Below are positions 30,924 to 40,465 of a stretch of 64,000 bases of DNA, piece after piece (position 1 is the first letter of the stretch; the number at the start of each line of letters is the position of its first letter). Origin of the DNA: an uncultured Rickettsiales bacterium (GTDB lineage Bacteria; Myxococcota_A; UBA796; UBA9615); assembly GCA_964490445.1 (NCBI GenBank), contig CAZBDA010000017.1, positions 148 to 64,147 on the forward strand, read 5' to 3'. The translations under genes and the position numbers were made by a program. The notes below the pieces were generated by a model, which searched no databases, was not told the origin of the DNA, and was given only the letters and a program-made list of their open reading frames with translations.

Positions 30924-31915
30924 AGTTTCAAGGCGTACTGACCGCAATCGTCACGCCAATGCAGCAGGGCTGTATCGACGAGGGCGGTCTTAGGCAGCTG
31001 GTTCGCCTGCAACTGGCTGCGGGCGTAGCCGGTGTGGTCACCTGTGGCTCTACGGGCGAAGGCGCGACCCTCAGCATCGACGAGCAAGAGTATGTCACCC
31101 GCATCACCGTCGACGAGTGCATGGGCCGTATTTCAGTGGTCGCCGGAATCGGCGCGCGCTCTACCCACGGAGCGTTGACCCTGGCCGAACGACTCCGCAC
31201 CAGCGGTGCCAACGGGCTGCTTGTGGTCACCCCCGCCTACAACAAGCCCACGGCTGCAGGCCTCGAGGTCCACTTTCGCACCGTAGCCGAGAACACCAAC
31301 CTGCCGATTTGCCTGTACAACGTGCCTTCACGTACCGGCGTCGACCTGCCGCCCGATAGCGTCGCTCGCCTCGCCGAGCATCCCAGGATCGTCGCAATCA
31401 AGGAAGCCACCGGATCGCTGGTTCGCGCGACTGAGTTGCGCTCTCTATGCCCCGCAGACTTCGCCCTGATGACCGGCGACGACCCGACAACCCTTCCCTT
31501 CATGGCGCAGGGCGGCGACGGGTGCATCTCCGTCGTGAGCAACGTCGCTCCAACGGAGATGGTCGAGATGCTCGCAGCTGTGGCAGCGGGCAACCTCGAA
31601 CGGGCCCGCGAGTTGCACCTTCACCTCGCGCCACTGAGCAAAGCTCTGTTCTGCGAGAGCAATCCCATTCCAGTCAAGACCGCCTGTGCCTGGCTTGGCC
31701 TGATTCCCACAGCGGAACTGCGACTCCCATTGACCCCCCTGTCGGCAGCCGGCTGTGAGCAACTCCAGCAGTGCCTGCACGATCTGAACATGCGACCCCG
31801 TATAACCGAGGCGACCGCCTCGACCCTGGGACCCGGCGAAGTACCCGACCAGGAAAATGCCGAGGCCAGCACCCTCGAACTGGATGGCTCTATTACGGAA
31901 GGGCCAGCCCATTGA
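30920..31915 (+). CDS. dapA: 4-hydroxy-tetrahydrodipicolinate synthase
   Basis: GSTGEGATLS motif and active-site Lys in IKEATGS. ATGA overlap with the dapF stop. C-terminal extension of about 40 aa. Confidence 0.88.
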   Translation: MKFQGVLTAIVTPMQQGCIDEGGLRQLVRLQLAAGVAGVVTCGSTGEGATLSIDEQEYVTRITVDECMGRISVVAGIGARSTHGALTLAERLRTSGANGLLVVTPAYNKPTAAGLEVHFRTVAENTNLPICLYNVPSRTGVDLPPDSVARLAEHPRIVAIKEATGSLVRATELRSLCPADFALMTGDDPTTLPFMAQGGDGCISVVSNVAPTEMVEMLAAVAAGNLERARELHLHLAPLSKALFCESNPIPVKTACAWLGLIPTAELRLPLTPLSAAGCEQLQQCLHDLNMRPRITEATASTLGPGEVPDQENAEASTLELDGSITEGPAH

Positions 31916-31920
31916 GCCGC

Positions 31921-32652
31921 GTGTTTCTCAGTGGCGACGGCCGAATGGGCACTGCCCTTCGGGATCTGCTCGCTGGCGAAGATGCCGCCGCGGTCGGGCT
32001 GAACCTGGCCAGTACGGTGGCCGAAGCGGACGTCGTCCTCGACTACAGTCACCCCCGTTGCACCGCCGAACTGGTATCGGCACTGATGGATGCGCCGAAG
32101 CCCCTGCTCGTAGGCACAACCGGACTCTCTGAGCCCCTGCTGTCGGACCTGCAGACACTGTCGCAACACAGCGCGGTCGTGCTTGCCCCGAACACGGGCA
32201 CCGGCATCAACGTGCTGGCGACACTGGTCGGGGAGGCTGCGGCAGCGCTCGGACCCGGCTGGGACATCGAGATCCTGGAAATGCACCACCGCAACAAGGT
32301 AGATGCCCCATCCGGCAGCGCCTGGATGCTGCTGGACTCGGCCGCGCGGGCCAACGGCAAGAGCGAAGGCGAGACGAGAACACGGGCCACGCCGAGCAGG
32401 GTCGGCGAGGTCGGCGCGCGCAGCGATGCCGAGATCGGCGTCCAGAGTCTGCGCGGAGGTGACGTGGTCGGTGAACACACCGTCTACCTCGTCGGCCATG
32501 GCGAGCGCCTCGAGTTGACGCACCGCTGCTGGGATCGAGAGACCTTTGCCCGAGGTGGGTTGCGCGCGGCACGCTGGCTGGCCGCCCAGGAACGGCTGCC
32601 GGGCCTGTACTCGATGCAGGATGTGCTTGCCGAGCCGCCCGCTACTTCTTGA
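31921..32652 (+). CDS. dapB: 4-hydroxy-tetrahydrodipicolinate reductase
   Basis: EILEMHHRNKVDAPSGSA (the E-H-H-x-x-K-x-DAPSGTA signature). GTG start 6 nt after the dapA stop. Confidence 0.85.
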   Translation: MFLSGDGRMGTALRDLLAGEDAAAVGLNLASTVAEADVVLDYSHPRCTAELVSALMDAPKPLLVGTTGLSEPLLSDLQTLSQHSAVVLAPNTGTGINVLATLVGEAAAALGPGWDIEILEMHHRNKVDAPSGSAWMLLDSAARANGKSEGETRTRATPSRVGEVGARSDAEIGVQSLRGGDVVGEHTVYLVGHGERLELTHRCWDRETFARGGLRAARWLAAQERLPGLYSMQDVLAEPPATS

Positions 32653-34282
32653 CCTTGTAACCGTCCGCCGTAGCCAGAGCCGAGGCCTTCTTCAAATCGG
32701 CCCGGTACTTCGGGACCCCGGGCATCAACTCGATCGCACGCTCGTACTGGTCGAGCACCTCTTCCCAGGCGCCGCGGACGATGAGCATCTCCGCCTTCTT
32801 AGCCATCAGATCAGCGTTCGCCTCGTGCTGTTGTGGCTCATAGTGCTGCTTGCGCACCGCTTTGCGCGTCCCAGGAGCCTTGAGCGCCTCGTAGGCTCTG
32901 TCGAGGCTGGCGAGGATCGTCTGGCGGTTTGCCTCGGCCTCCTCGGGCAGAGTCAGACCTCGGCCGAAATTCTCGTACTCGGCGCGAATCCTGGCATATC
33001 CATCTTCGACCTGAGGGGTACAGGACGTCCAGTGCACCTCGAGGATGTCGAACTCGTGCTGTGTGTCCTGAAACGAGACCTTGTGGGCCAACTGCTCCGA
33101 CAGCCGGCCGAGTACCTGGGCCGAATCCTCCTCGGAGGCAAATTCGACCACTCCCAGACGGGCCATCGCCATCAGGGACTGGAGGGTCTGAGAGCGTCCC
33201 ATGCTGGACACGCTGAAAATCTCGCGAAACCGGTACGACTTGGCCTGCAGGATGTCGACCAGCGCCTTCTCCCGTTTCTTGAGCCGCATGTCCTCCCAGG
33301 CAACCTCGTCGGCGAGAATCGAGTACTGGTCAAGCAACGGATGAAACTCCGCCTCGACTTCGCTGGACGGCTTGGAGGCGTAGACGCGCTTGAAGTACGA
33401 GTACAGGAAGCCGGGTGTCTTCATCGGCGGGTTGGGGAAGCTGCGATCCAGGCGCTCGCGCGGATAAAACGAGTACTTGCCCGAGCCCGACGCAAACACG
33501 TTGCGGGTGATGATCTCGACCTGGGTGATCAGGGACATGACCACCTGCGGGAAGGTGAGGAAGCCCAGTTCGATCAAGCACTCCCCCTGCAGAGTCCCCG
33601 TTTCACTCATCATCTCCAGGCTCTCGCGTAGCTGGTCCGCATCGAGCTTCTTGGCCTGGGTGAGGAGTACGCCGAGGCACTCATCCTCGACGATGGGATC
33701 ACTCAGCCACTGCGTGAAGCCACCCTTGCGAACAAAGCCAATTCGGCGACCCTGCTCCGTGGTGATCTCGAGAATCCCGGTCGACTTCTTCAGGTACAGG
33801 GTCATGAGCAACTCGGTGAACGTCCCCTCGTTGAGATCGCCGCTGAGACTCGCACTGCCCAGGCTGCCGACCGGGGGAACTCCGACCCCGCCCGCGCCGG
33901 AACCGCCGGGAGCCGCTGCGGCCCCATAGTCCATTGGCGTCACCCCAGCAGCCCATTGACCGGTCACCTGGAAACGCCCAGAACTCAGCATCGACTCCAC
34001 GAGCCGGCCGACGAACTGGTAGAAGCCCTCGAGGCGTTCCATGCCGTCGCCGACGGCCAGGTCGAGTTGAACCCCGGCGTACTCACCCATGGGAGCGACG
34101 ACTCGACCAGACAGAGACACCGTGCCCTCGAGCAAGGGCACACTGAACTGCAACTCCACGTCCTCGCCACGGTCGACAGGCTCGGGAGTCGGGATGTTGT
34201 ACTGCGAAGCACGGATACTGGTCCGGAAATCCTCGAGGAAGGAGAACAGGTCCGTGTATTGAATGGGAACGCTGCGGGCCAC
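32642..34282 (-). CDS. DUF4388 (PATAN-like) domain protein with C-terminal TPR repeats and a possible N-terminal PilZ-like domain
   Basis: GDLNEGTFTELLMTLYLKKSTGILEI...GRRIGFVRKG is a classic DUF4388 motif. Helical TPR-like C-terminus. Confidence 0.65.
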   Translation of the reverse strand: MARSVPIQYTDLFSFLEDFRTSIRASQYNIPTPEPVDRGEDVELQFSVPLLEGTVSLSGRVVAPMGEYAGVQLDLAVGDGMERLEGFYQFVGRLVESMLSSGRFQVTGQWAAGVTPMDYGAAAAPGGSGAGGVGVPPVGSLGSASLSGDLNEGTFTELLMTLYLKKSTGILEITTEQGRRIGFVRKGGFTQWLSDPIVEDECLGVLLTQAKKLDADQLRESLEMMSETGTLQGECLIELGFLTFPQVVMSLITQVEIITRNVFASGSGKYSFYPRERLDRSFPNPPMKTPGFLYSYFKRVYASKPSSEVEAEFHPLLDQYSILADEVAWEDMRLKKREKALVDILQAKSYRFREIFSVSSMGRSQTLQSLMAMARLGVVEFASEEDSAQVLGRLSEQLAHKVSFQDTQHEFDILEVHWTSCTPQVEDGYARIRAEYENFGRGLTLPEEAEANRQTILASLDRAYEALKAPGTRKAVRKQHYEPQQHEANADLMAKKAEMLIVRGAWEEVLDQYERAIELMPGVPKYRADLKKASALATADGYKVKK

Positions 34283-34318
34283 TACTTGTTCTCTTCGGCC
34301 TAGTGTCCTGCCTGGACG

Positions 34319-35149
34319 CTAGCGCTTGTTGAGGCTCCAATCGTACTCGGAGTACACGACCTCGAACTTACCATCCTCGAGAAAAGACCGGTCGACCTCG
34401 CGCAGCAACGAGTAGACGTAACGAACGGATGCACCCTCCCGACCCGACAGGGCCAACAGTGCTGCCGGAGTACCGTCGATTGCGAGATCGACGAAGTCCT
34501 CACCGTACCAGTGGAAGATTTTGCTCAGGTAGATCTTGCGGCCGCTGCGGTCGATTCGGTTGCGCATGGTGTCGCGAACAAAAGCCCGCGCGTACCCGTC
34601 CAACTGCTCTCCGAGTCTGTCGGGACGAATGGCGCGGCGAGGCAGCTTCGGGGAACCCTGAGTCGCACAGACCAGCACAAAATGAACCCGGACCTCCCGA
34701 AGTTGGCGCCGCAAGCGAGTGTGTTCCAGGAAGTTCAGAGAGACGTCTCGCCCAGCTACCTTCCAACGATCGTTGTCCCAGGGGTCGGGCTTGATGTCTC
34801 GGACCGAGTGGACACCGGGAGCGTCGACGATGGTCTGCAGGGTCAGAGCGTTGTAGGCGTTGATGTAGAAAGCGATCTGCTGGTCTCGGCTCCAATCGGC
34901 AAGTACCTCAGGGGCGAGCGTCCCTATCTCCTCGACGAAGGCGGCGAGGCGGCGGTCCTTGGCAACCGTATCGTAATTGACCAGTCCGTCGTCGCCCACA
35001 TGGGCGCGAAGCAACGCGTCATAACTGCGGTAGCCGTGATCAAAGGAAGCTGGACCTGCTGAGACATCCGCCGGCAGGAACCACAGCACCACGACAAAGG
35101 CCAGCAGGCCGCAGCCCAGCCCAGCGCCATGGCAAGGGAACGAGCCCAT
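34319..35149 (-). CDS. DUF547 domain protein (signal-anchored)
   Basis: QIAFYINAYNALTL and C-terminal YDWSLN. The start at ATG 35149 shares 1 nt with the upstream stop (TGATG). Confidence 0.65.
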   Translation of the reverse strand: MGSFPCHGAGLGCGLLAFVVVLWFLPADVSAGPASFDHGYRSYDALLRAHVGDDGLVNYDTVAKDRRLAAFVEEIGTLAPEVLADWSRDQQIAFYINAYNALTLQTIVDAPGVHSVRDIKPDPWDNDRWKVAGRDVSLNFLEHTRLRRQLREVRVHFVLVCATQGSPKLPRRAIRPDRLGEQLDGYARAFVRDTMRNRIDRSGRKIYLSKIFHWYGEDFVDLAIDGTPAALLALSGREGASVRYVYSLLREVDRSFLEDGKFEVVYSEYDWSLNKR

Positions 35150-35862
35150 CAACCGCCGTCTTCCGCTGCCTCGACCACCCGGTTGACACAACTGCCGTAG
35201 CCCTTCTCCTTCCACCAGTTCTCAACAGACACCGGCGACGAGATGAACTCGACGTGGTCTACCGACCAGTTTCTCGGCTCATCGGGATACTGGAACATTG
35301 CCAGCTTGATGCCTCGCGACGGGTCATAGGCAATCACCAGGTCGAGGTAATCGGCTGCGGTCGGCTGACAGAGTTTCCAGGGCGAAGGAAAACTCCCAGC
35401 AAGTGCGACCAGCAGGCTCTCTGGATCCCTCGCCTGGGGAGCCGCGTCGAAGTTCCGATACAGGATCGCAGCCACTACATCAGCAGCACCATCGACCGGC
35501 TCCGGCCCCAGAAACCACGCCGCAGTCGGAGGGTCCGAAGAGGTGGGCCGGTTGGTATCGGTGAACTGCAACACTCGGAACTGCTGCTCTGGACCCCATC
35601 GCACCCGCTCCTCGGTAAACAGGTGCGTGTCTCGGCTCGCGCGCAAGCTTCCGACAGTCACCTCGCTGGACGATGAGGCGCGCAACTCGAGGTGAAGCTG
35701 CGAATTCAACTGGCTGAAGGATCGAGCCACGACGAAGGCCGAGGACGTCGTGCCAGAGGTGGCGACGTTGATCGGTGCTTGCCCCTGTTTCAGGCAGGCT
35801 CCAAGCGACAGCCCCACCACCAGGGCTGTTAGTACCAGGCAGCGACGGGTCATCAATCGCAT
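35149..35862 (-). CDS. hypothetical lipoprotein
   Basis: Leader MRLMTRRCLVLTALVVGLSLGAC. Confidence 0.55.
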   Translation of the reverse strand: MRLMTRRCLVLTALVVGLSLGACLKQGQAPINVATSGTTSSAFVVARSFSQLNSQLHLELRASSSSEVTVGSLRASRDTHLFTEERVRWGPEQQFRVLQFTDTNRPTSSDPPTAAWFLGPEPVDGAADVVAAILYRNFDAAPQARDPESLLVALAGSFPSPWKLCQPTAADYLDLVIAYDPSRGIKLAMFQYPDEPRNWSVDHVEFISSPVSVENWWKEKGYGSCVNRVVEAAEDGG

Positions 35863-36482
35863 TTCTGGTTGCTGAACTCTGTGGCGATCTGCGCGCCTAG
35901 TTGTTCACTCAGCTGGTCAGCAGCCATGGCGAGGCCCTTGGCATTGGCGTCAGTGAACTTGTCGACAATGCCAGAGCTCGCCTCGTTGGCAGCGACCGCG
36001 AGGGTGGTCGCCTCCTTCAGACGGCGACAGACCTGGTTTCGCTTCCCGCTCTGCTTGGCGTCGACCCCCCACACGTAGGCCCGAAATGCCTCCATGTAGC
36101 GCGCCCGGGCAGAAACCCAGAGACCGGCGGTGACGACGGACTCGCCCACCTTGCCCAGCTTCTTCTCGGCGGTCTGCCAGCAGACCACAGCGCTCGATAG
36201 CATCTCGTAAAACTGGTTGATCGGAACCTGGTTTTGCTGCGCACGCTCCCAGTTCTTGTCCGAAGTCAGGCAACGATCGGCGTAGCGAAGCGCCTTGAAC
36301 GCATCCTTACTGACCGGCCCGACCAGGGCGGTCTCGTCGACCAGCGGCTGCAGCTGCTTGAGCGGCTTGGGCTCCTTCTTCGCAGCCAGCGCCGGCAGGG
36401 CGATGAGCAGGGACAGCAGGGCAAGGAGGGTGATTGATCTGCGTGCAGTCACGACGGTCTCCAACGAGGGTAGGCGGCGCAT
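35853..36482 (-). CDS. hypothetical secreted helical protein
   Basis: Signal peptide MRRLPSLETVVTARRSITLLALLSLLIALPALAA. The internal Met was chosen as start. 10-nt overlap with the next gene. Confidence 0.45.
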   Translation of the reverse strand: MRRLPSLETVVTARRSITLLALLSLLIALPALAAKKEPKPLKQLQPLVDETALVGPVSKDAFKALRYADRCLTSDKNWERAQQNQVPINQFYEMLSSAVVCWQTAEKKLGKVGESVVTAGLWVSARARYMEAFRAYVWGVDAKQSGKRNQVCRRLKEATTLAVAANEASSGIVDKFTDANAKGLAMAADQLSEQLGAQIATEFSNQKCD

Positions 36483-36553
36483 CGGAGGCCATTGGCGGCC
36501 CCGCGACGGGGGAGCATAGCAGCCACCCAGGGAATGACCGCTGGTGAATCCAC

Positions 36554-37063
36554 TCAGGGTCGAGAAGAGGCTTCTTCGGAGGGCTCGACGGGCGGTGCGG
36601 CCGGAGCCGCCTCGGTTGGAGACTGAGCTGCTTCCGGAGCCGTAACAGCCGCGCCATCCCAGGTGCATTCGATCGGCACCACCTGCTCACCACCATCGCC
36701 TGCCTCGATGGTGGATGTAGAGCGAATCACCACGCGTTCTCGATCCCCGACCAGGTGGGGCCCGAGGATGGCCTTGAGCTCCTCGCAGCTCACTTCTCGC
36801 GGACCATTCGGCTGCATCGTGTACTCGATGCCCGAGTCCGTGGTGTTGCTGACCTCGAAGGAAAAATCGGCCGCCGACACGTCGACTGCCGTATCAAGAA
36901 AGCTATCGACTCCCGACGCATCGCTGAGCACGCCGCCGAGCTTGTCCCAACCCAACCCCAGCAGCAGCCCTCCCAGGCCGCAGAGCAGGAGCATGAGCAC
37001 CAGGACGGAGCCGCAGCCGGCAAGCAGCGGCTGATCTCGAAAGAGCTTTTTTATGCCCTCCAA
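36554..37063 (-). CDS. small membrane-anchored hypothetical protein
   Basis: N-terminal TM segment (LLAGCGSVLVLMLLLCGLGGLLLGLG). Adjacent to the MarR gene's stop. Confidence 0.5.
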   Translation of the reverse strand: MEGIKKLFRDQPLLAGCGSVLVLMLLLCGLGGLLLGLGWDKLGGVLSDASGVDSFLDTAVDVSAADFSFEVSNTTDSGIEYTMQPNGPREVSCEELKAILGPHLVGDRERVVIRSTSTIEAGDGGEQVVPIECTWDGAAVTAPEAAQSPTEAAPAAPPVEPSEEASSRP

Positions 37064-37065
37064 GA

Positions 37066-37785
37066 TCAGTCCGAGGTGAGCTCGAGGACGGCCTCATGAA
37101 TCAGGGCGACCGCGGCGACCACTTCCGCCCTCCGCGTCTCGGGCAGGCGGGCCAACAAGCCGTCGTAGAGCTCGAGATCAACCCGCAACAGCTTGTCCAC
37201 GAGGACCATGCCCTTTTCGGTAAGGAAGGCGCGAGTAGCACGACCGTCGTTGCTGTCCGGACGCCGATCCAGCAAGCCCATGCGCTTGAGGGGCGCTACC
37301 AGGCGCGTCACAGTCGATTGCGCCAGCCCGAGGTCAGCGGCCAACTCCTGCATGCGCAGGGAGCCTGCGTCCATCAGGGAGTGAATTGCGTGGGCCTGGG
37401 GAAGGGTGACACCTATGTCCGCCTTGGCCTCACGCTCGAGCAACTGCAAGCGCCGGATGAGATCCGACATGCGTCGAGAGAAGGGCATGTCCGCCCGCCG
37501 ATGGGCGGCATCATCCGGAAACAGAAGGGGTTCGGGCGGCTCGGGTCGCGGAGCAAACAGGCGCCGTAGAGACGGGCTGACGAACTCGGCGGGGTCGATC
37601 TCATCGACCAGGGCAGCCACCAGCTCCGGCGGCGGCTCGGCGACGGCGGGTTTGGCAGCCGGCGCCGCGGGGGCTGCATTCTCGCTGGGCTGCTGCTCGC
37701 CCGAATCGGGCGCAGGGGCAGCCGCATCCTCGGCAGGCTGCCGAGTCTTCGGAGAGAACAGACCGAGCTGGTTTTTCTTTTCCAA
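37066..37785 (-). CDS. MarR-family transcriptional regulator with an Ala/Pro/Glu-rich N-terminal extension
   Basis: Winged-helix MarR pattern (...AHAIHSLMDAGSLRMQELAADLGLAQSTVTRLVAPLKRMGLLDRRPDSNDGRATRAFLTEKG...). Confidence 0.8.
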   Translation of the reverse strand: MEKKNQLGLFSPKTRQPAEDAAAPAPDSGEQQPSENAAPAAPAAKPAVAEPPPELVAALVDEIDPAEFVSPSLRRLFAPRPEPPEPLLFPDDAAHRRADMPFSRRMSDLIRRLQLLEREAKADIGVTLPQAHAIHSLMDAGSLRMQELAADLGLAQSTVTRLVAPLKRMGLLDRRPDSNDGRATRAFLTEKGMVLVDKLLRVDLELYDGLLARLPETRRAEVVAAVALIHEAVLELTSD

Positions 37786-37965
37786 GGGGACGAGGGATTC
37801 CGTGGTTTGCGAGTGAACAGCGTGCTGCGCCAGGATTCACTTGATGGTTACAAGTATACAGCAAGCCCTCAATCCCACAGACACCGAAGGCAGTCAATAG
37901 CTGCGTTTTCCGCAGCGCTCCTGCTACCCTTGCGCTCCTCCCCCTGCTCGGCCCACGGAGACGCC

Positions 37966-40428
37966 TTGAAGCACCTGCGCAACCTGCCGCTGTTGTCGTC
38001 TCTTGTGTGGCTTGCCGGCGCCGTGCTGAGTAGCGGCGTCGCCGATGCGGCGTACAAGCCTGAGACGGTGGTCGCCACGGCGAAGCGCTTGAGCAAGCTG
38101 AAGGTCGATGCCAGCCATTCCTTTGCCGCGGCTGGGCAGATCCTCGATCGACCGGGCCTGCAGGCTTCCTTCGCCGAGGGCCGGTTCTATCCCATCAAGC
38201 GCGAGGATGGTCGCACTACAGGCTTGGTGTTCGAAGGCAAGGGGGCCATTCGTCTGAGTATCCCCGAAGGGGTCGAGACCAGTTCCTGGCAGATGAACAC
38301 TGACTTCGCCCCCTGGCAACAGGAGTTCTCGGCGGCCTACCTTCGCTTCACCGACGCCAGCCTCGACGACCTGCTGGGCGCTGCCGTAGCGGAGCAGGTA
38401 GCCGACACGGACGGCAGCATTTTTCGCCACTTCACCGCCCGCAGCGAGTTACTCGACAACCCAGACTGGACCCGCTGGCACCCGGGACTGATCATCGACC
38501 AGCTCATGGACCTGTACGGCGGCGGGCACGTCGGCGGGCACCTGCTCGCTGAATTTCGCATGGTGCAGAGGTCCCCTGGCGGTTGGCTGTCGTATTTCCA
38601 CAACCCGCGCGGCGGGCTGGTCGGCAAGGAGACAACCAGCCTGTACCGGGTCACGCGGCGGGGCGCTCAGGTTCCCCCTGACATCAACATTCTCAGCAGC
38701 TTCGGCAGCTCTGCTCAGTCCACCGACGCCTACGACGTAACCTCCACCTACATCGACATCACCTTCCCGACTCGGCACAAGAACGACCGGAACCTGGTCG
38801 ACGCCAGGGTCAAGGCTGAGTTGGACCTCGTCGCTCTTCGCCCCAACCGCCCGCTCAAAGCAGTGCTGCTCGAACTGGCGCCGCAACGGCCTCTGTGTAC
38901 AGCACAGAGCTATGAGACACGTCTAAAGGTCAGCCGGGCGGTCGACTCGAACGGACGCTCGCTGGCAGCCATCCACAGGGGAAGCAAGCTGCTGGTGCCC
39001 CTGCAATCGTCGGTAGCGGCTGGCGCGGCCGAGCGCCTGACCATCGAGTACGGCGGCGCCATGACCCAGGGCCTGCCAGGGGCCAAGGCGGACACCTTCT
39101 TCTCCGAGATCGGTCCGTGGGCCTGGTATCCGCGCAATCCACGCGTCGATCGCTTCGCCTCACGAGTGGCGGTTCATCTGCCCCGATTCATGCGCGCTGT
39201 AGCGCCTGGCAGTCCCGTAGAGACTCGCGAGGAAAAGAGCGGCTGGCACTACGTCTACGAAGAGCCGGGCGGGGTACGCAACCTGACGCTGGTGGTCGGT
39301 GACATGGTGCGCAGCAAGGACTCCGAGGGGGGCCTGAACCCGAAGGTCATCACGTGGTACCCGGCGACCCAGCAAAAGAGCATTCGTGGCACGGCGGATG
39401 CGGCACGCTCGATGCTGGACTTCGTGGCGTCGATCTGGGGCCCCTATCCCTACTCGACCCTGCACGTAGTCGAGAACATGCCCTATCCGCCCAACAACTG
39501 GGGAGGTGGCGAGACCGGCTCTGCTGGGAGTTGGTCCTGCGTTGCGCCGGGCAACCTGCATGTCTGGCAGGGCATCGCGGATGGCCCCACCGGCATGTTG
39601 CTGTCCGTTTCGCCAAGCACGACACCGGCCGTCGACATGGAAGAGGCCAGGGCCTATGACCGCCTACTGGTGGATCCAACCGAGCGGGCCAAGTACCTGC
39701 GAGTGATCGACATGTCCCGCCAGTGGTGGGGACACATGGTGCCGCCGAAGAGCTACCGGGACTCGTGGGTTGGCGAAGCAATGGCCACCTGGACGGGCCT
39801 TGTCTTCATGCAGGCCGCAGTGGGTCGCGGTGCCCTCAAGGAGCGGCTCGACACCCTGCACGACCTGATGGTGGATGGCAGCAAGGAGAGCGCTCCCCTG
39901 GCCATAGGTGAGCGGCTGGGGCGGAACTACCCGTTCCAGGTATGGGGCCGCGGGCCACTGATCGTCAACTCGCTGGTCGAGCGGCTTACTGCCAGCGTCT
40001 TCCTCAATTCTTCTCGAGCCCTCATCAACCGCTCCGCTGGGCCCGGGGTAAGCACCGAGACCTTCATCGATAGCTTGAGTTCGGGGGCGAGCCCGGAGTT
40101 GGGGGCCATTCTGAGGACTGCCGTCCAGGGCACCACCCTGTCGAAACTCGCTTACAACTTCACGATCGACAAAGCCACCGGTCGAATCGACCTGCTGATC
40201 CGCCACAACACCGAGGAGATCATGCCGGTGGACATCTGGATCGAGGCGAGTGCGGGCCTGAAGAAGAAGGAGCGGCGCCTGCTGCAGGTGCACGACCGCG
40301 AGTTCTCCCTGCAGTGGCAACCCTCCTTCCGAGCCCGCAAGTTCAAGATCGACCCGATGAAGACCTCTCTGACCGCCGAACTGCGCCGTGACCGCAGCCT
40401 CGCCGTCCCCGTGGCGACTACCGAGTAG
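37966..40428 (+). CDS. secreted M1-peptidase homolog lacking the HEXXH zinc site (probable pseudo-aminopeptidase)
   Basis: Signal peptide with TTG start at 37966 (MKHLRNLPLLSSLVWLAGAVLSSGVADA). RQWWGHMVPPKSYRDSWVGEAMATW aligns to [25 protein letters not shown] of the neighbouring M1 enzyme, but HELAH is replaced by IDMSR. Confidence 0.55.
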   Translation: MKHLRNLPLLSSLVWLAGAVLSSGVADAAYKPETVVATAKRLSKLKVDASHSFAAAGQILDRPGLQASFAEGRFYPIKREDGRTTGLVFEGKGAIRLSIPEGVETSSWQMNTDFAPWQQEFSAAYLRFTDASLDDLLGAAVAEQVADTDGSIFRHFTARSELLDNPDWTRWHPGLIIDQLMDLYGGGHVGGHLLAEFRMVQRSPGGWLSYFHNPRGGLVGKETTSLYRVTRRGAQVPPDINILSSFGSSAQSTDAYDVTSTYIDITFPTRHKNDRNLVDARVKAELDLVALRPNRPLKAVLLELAPQRPLCTAQSYETRLKVSRAVDSNGRSLAAIHRGSKLLVPLQSSVAAGAAERLTIEYGGAMTQGLPGAKADTFFSEIGPWAWYPRNPRVDRFASRVAVHLPRFMRAVAPGSPVETREEKSGWHYVYEEPGGVRNLTLVVGDMVRSKDSEGGLNPKVITWYPATQQKSIRGTADAARSMLDFVASIWGPYPYSTLHVVENMPYPPNNWGGGETGSAGSWSCVAPGNLHVWQGIADGPTGMLLSVSPSTTPAVDMEEARAYDRLLVDPTERAKYLRVIDMSRQWWGHMVPPKSYRDSWVGEAMATWTGLVFMQAAVGRGALKERLDTLHDLMVDGSKESAPLAIGERLGRNYPFQVWGRGPLIVNSLVERLTASVFLNSSRALINRSAGPGVSTETFIDSLSSGASPELGAILRTAVQGTTLSKLAYNFTIDKATGRIDLLIRHNTEEIMPVDIWIEASAGLKKKERRLLQVHDREFSLQWQPSFRARKFKIDPMKTSLTAELRRDRSLAVPVATTE

Positions 40429-40465
40429 CTGACCGGATGAAACTGCAAAGCTGTGAGAAAGCGGA

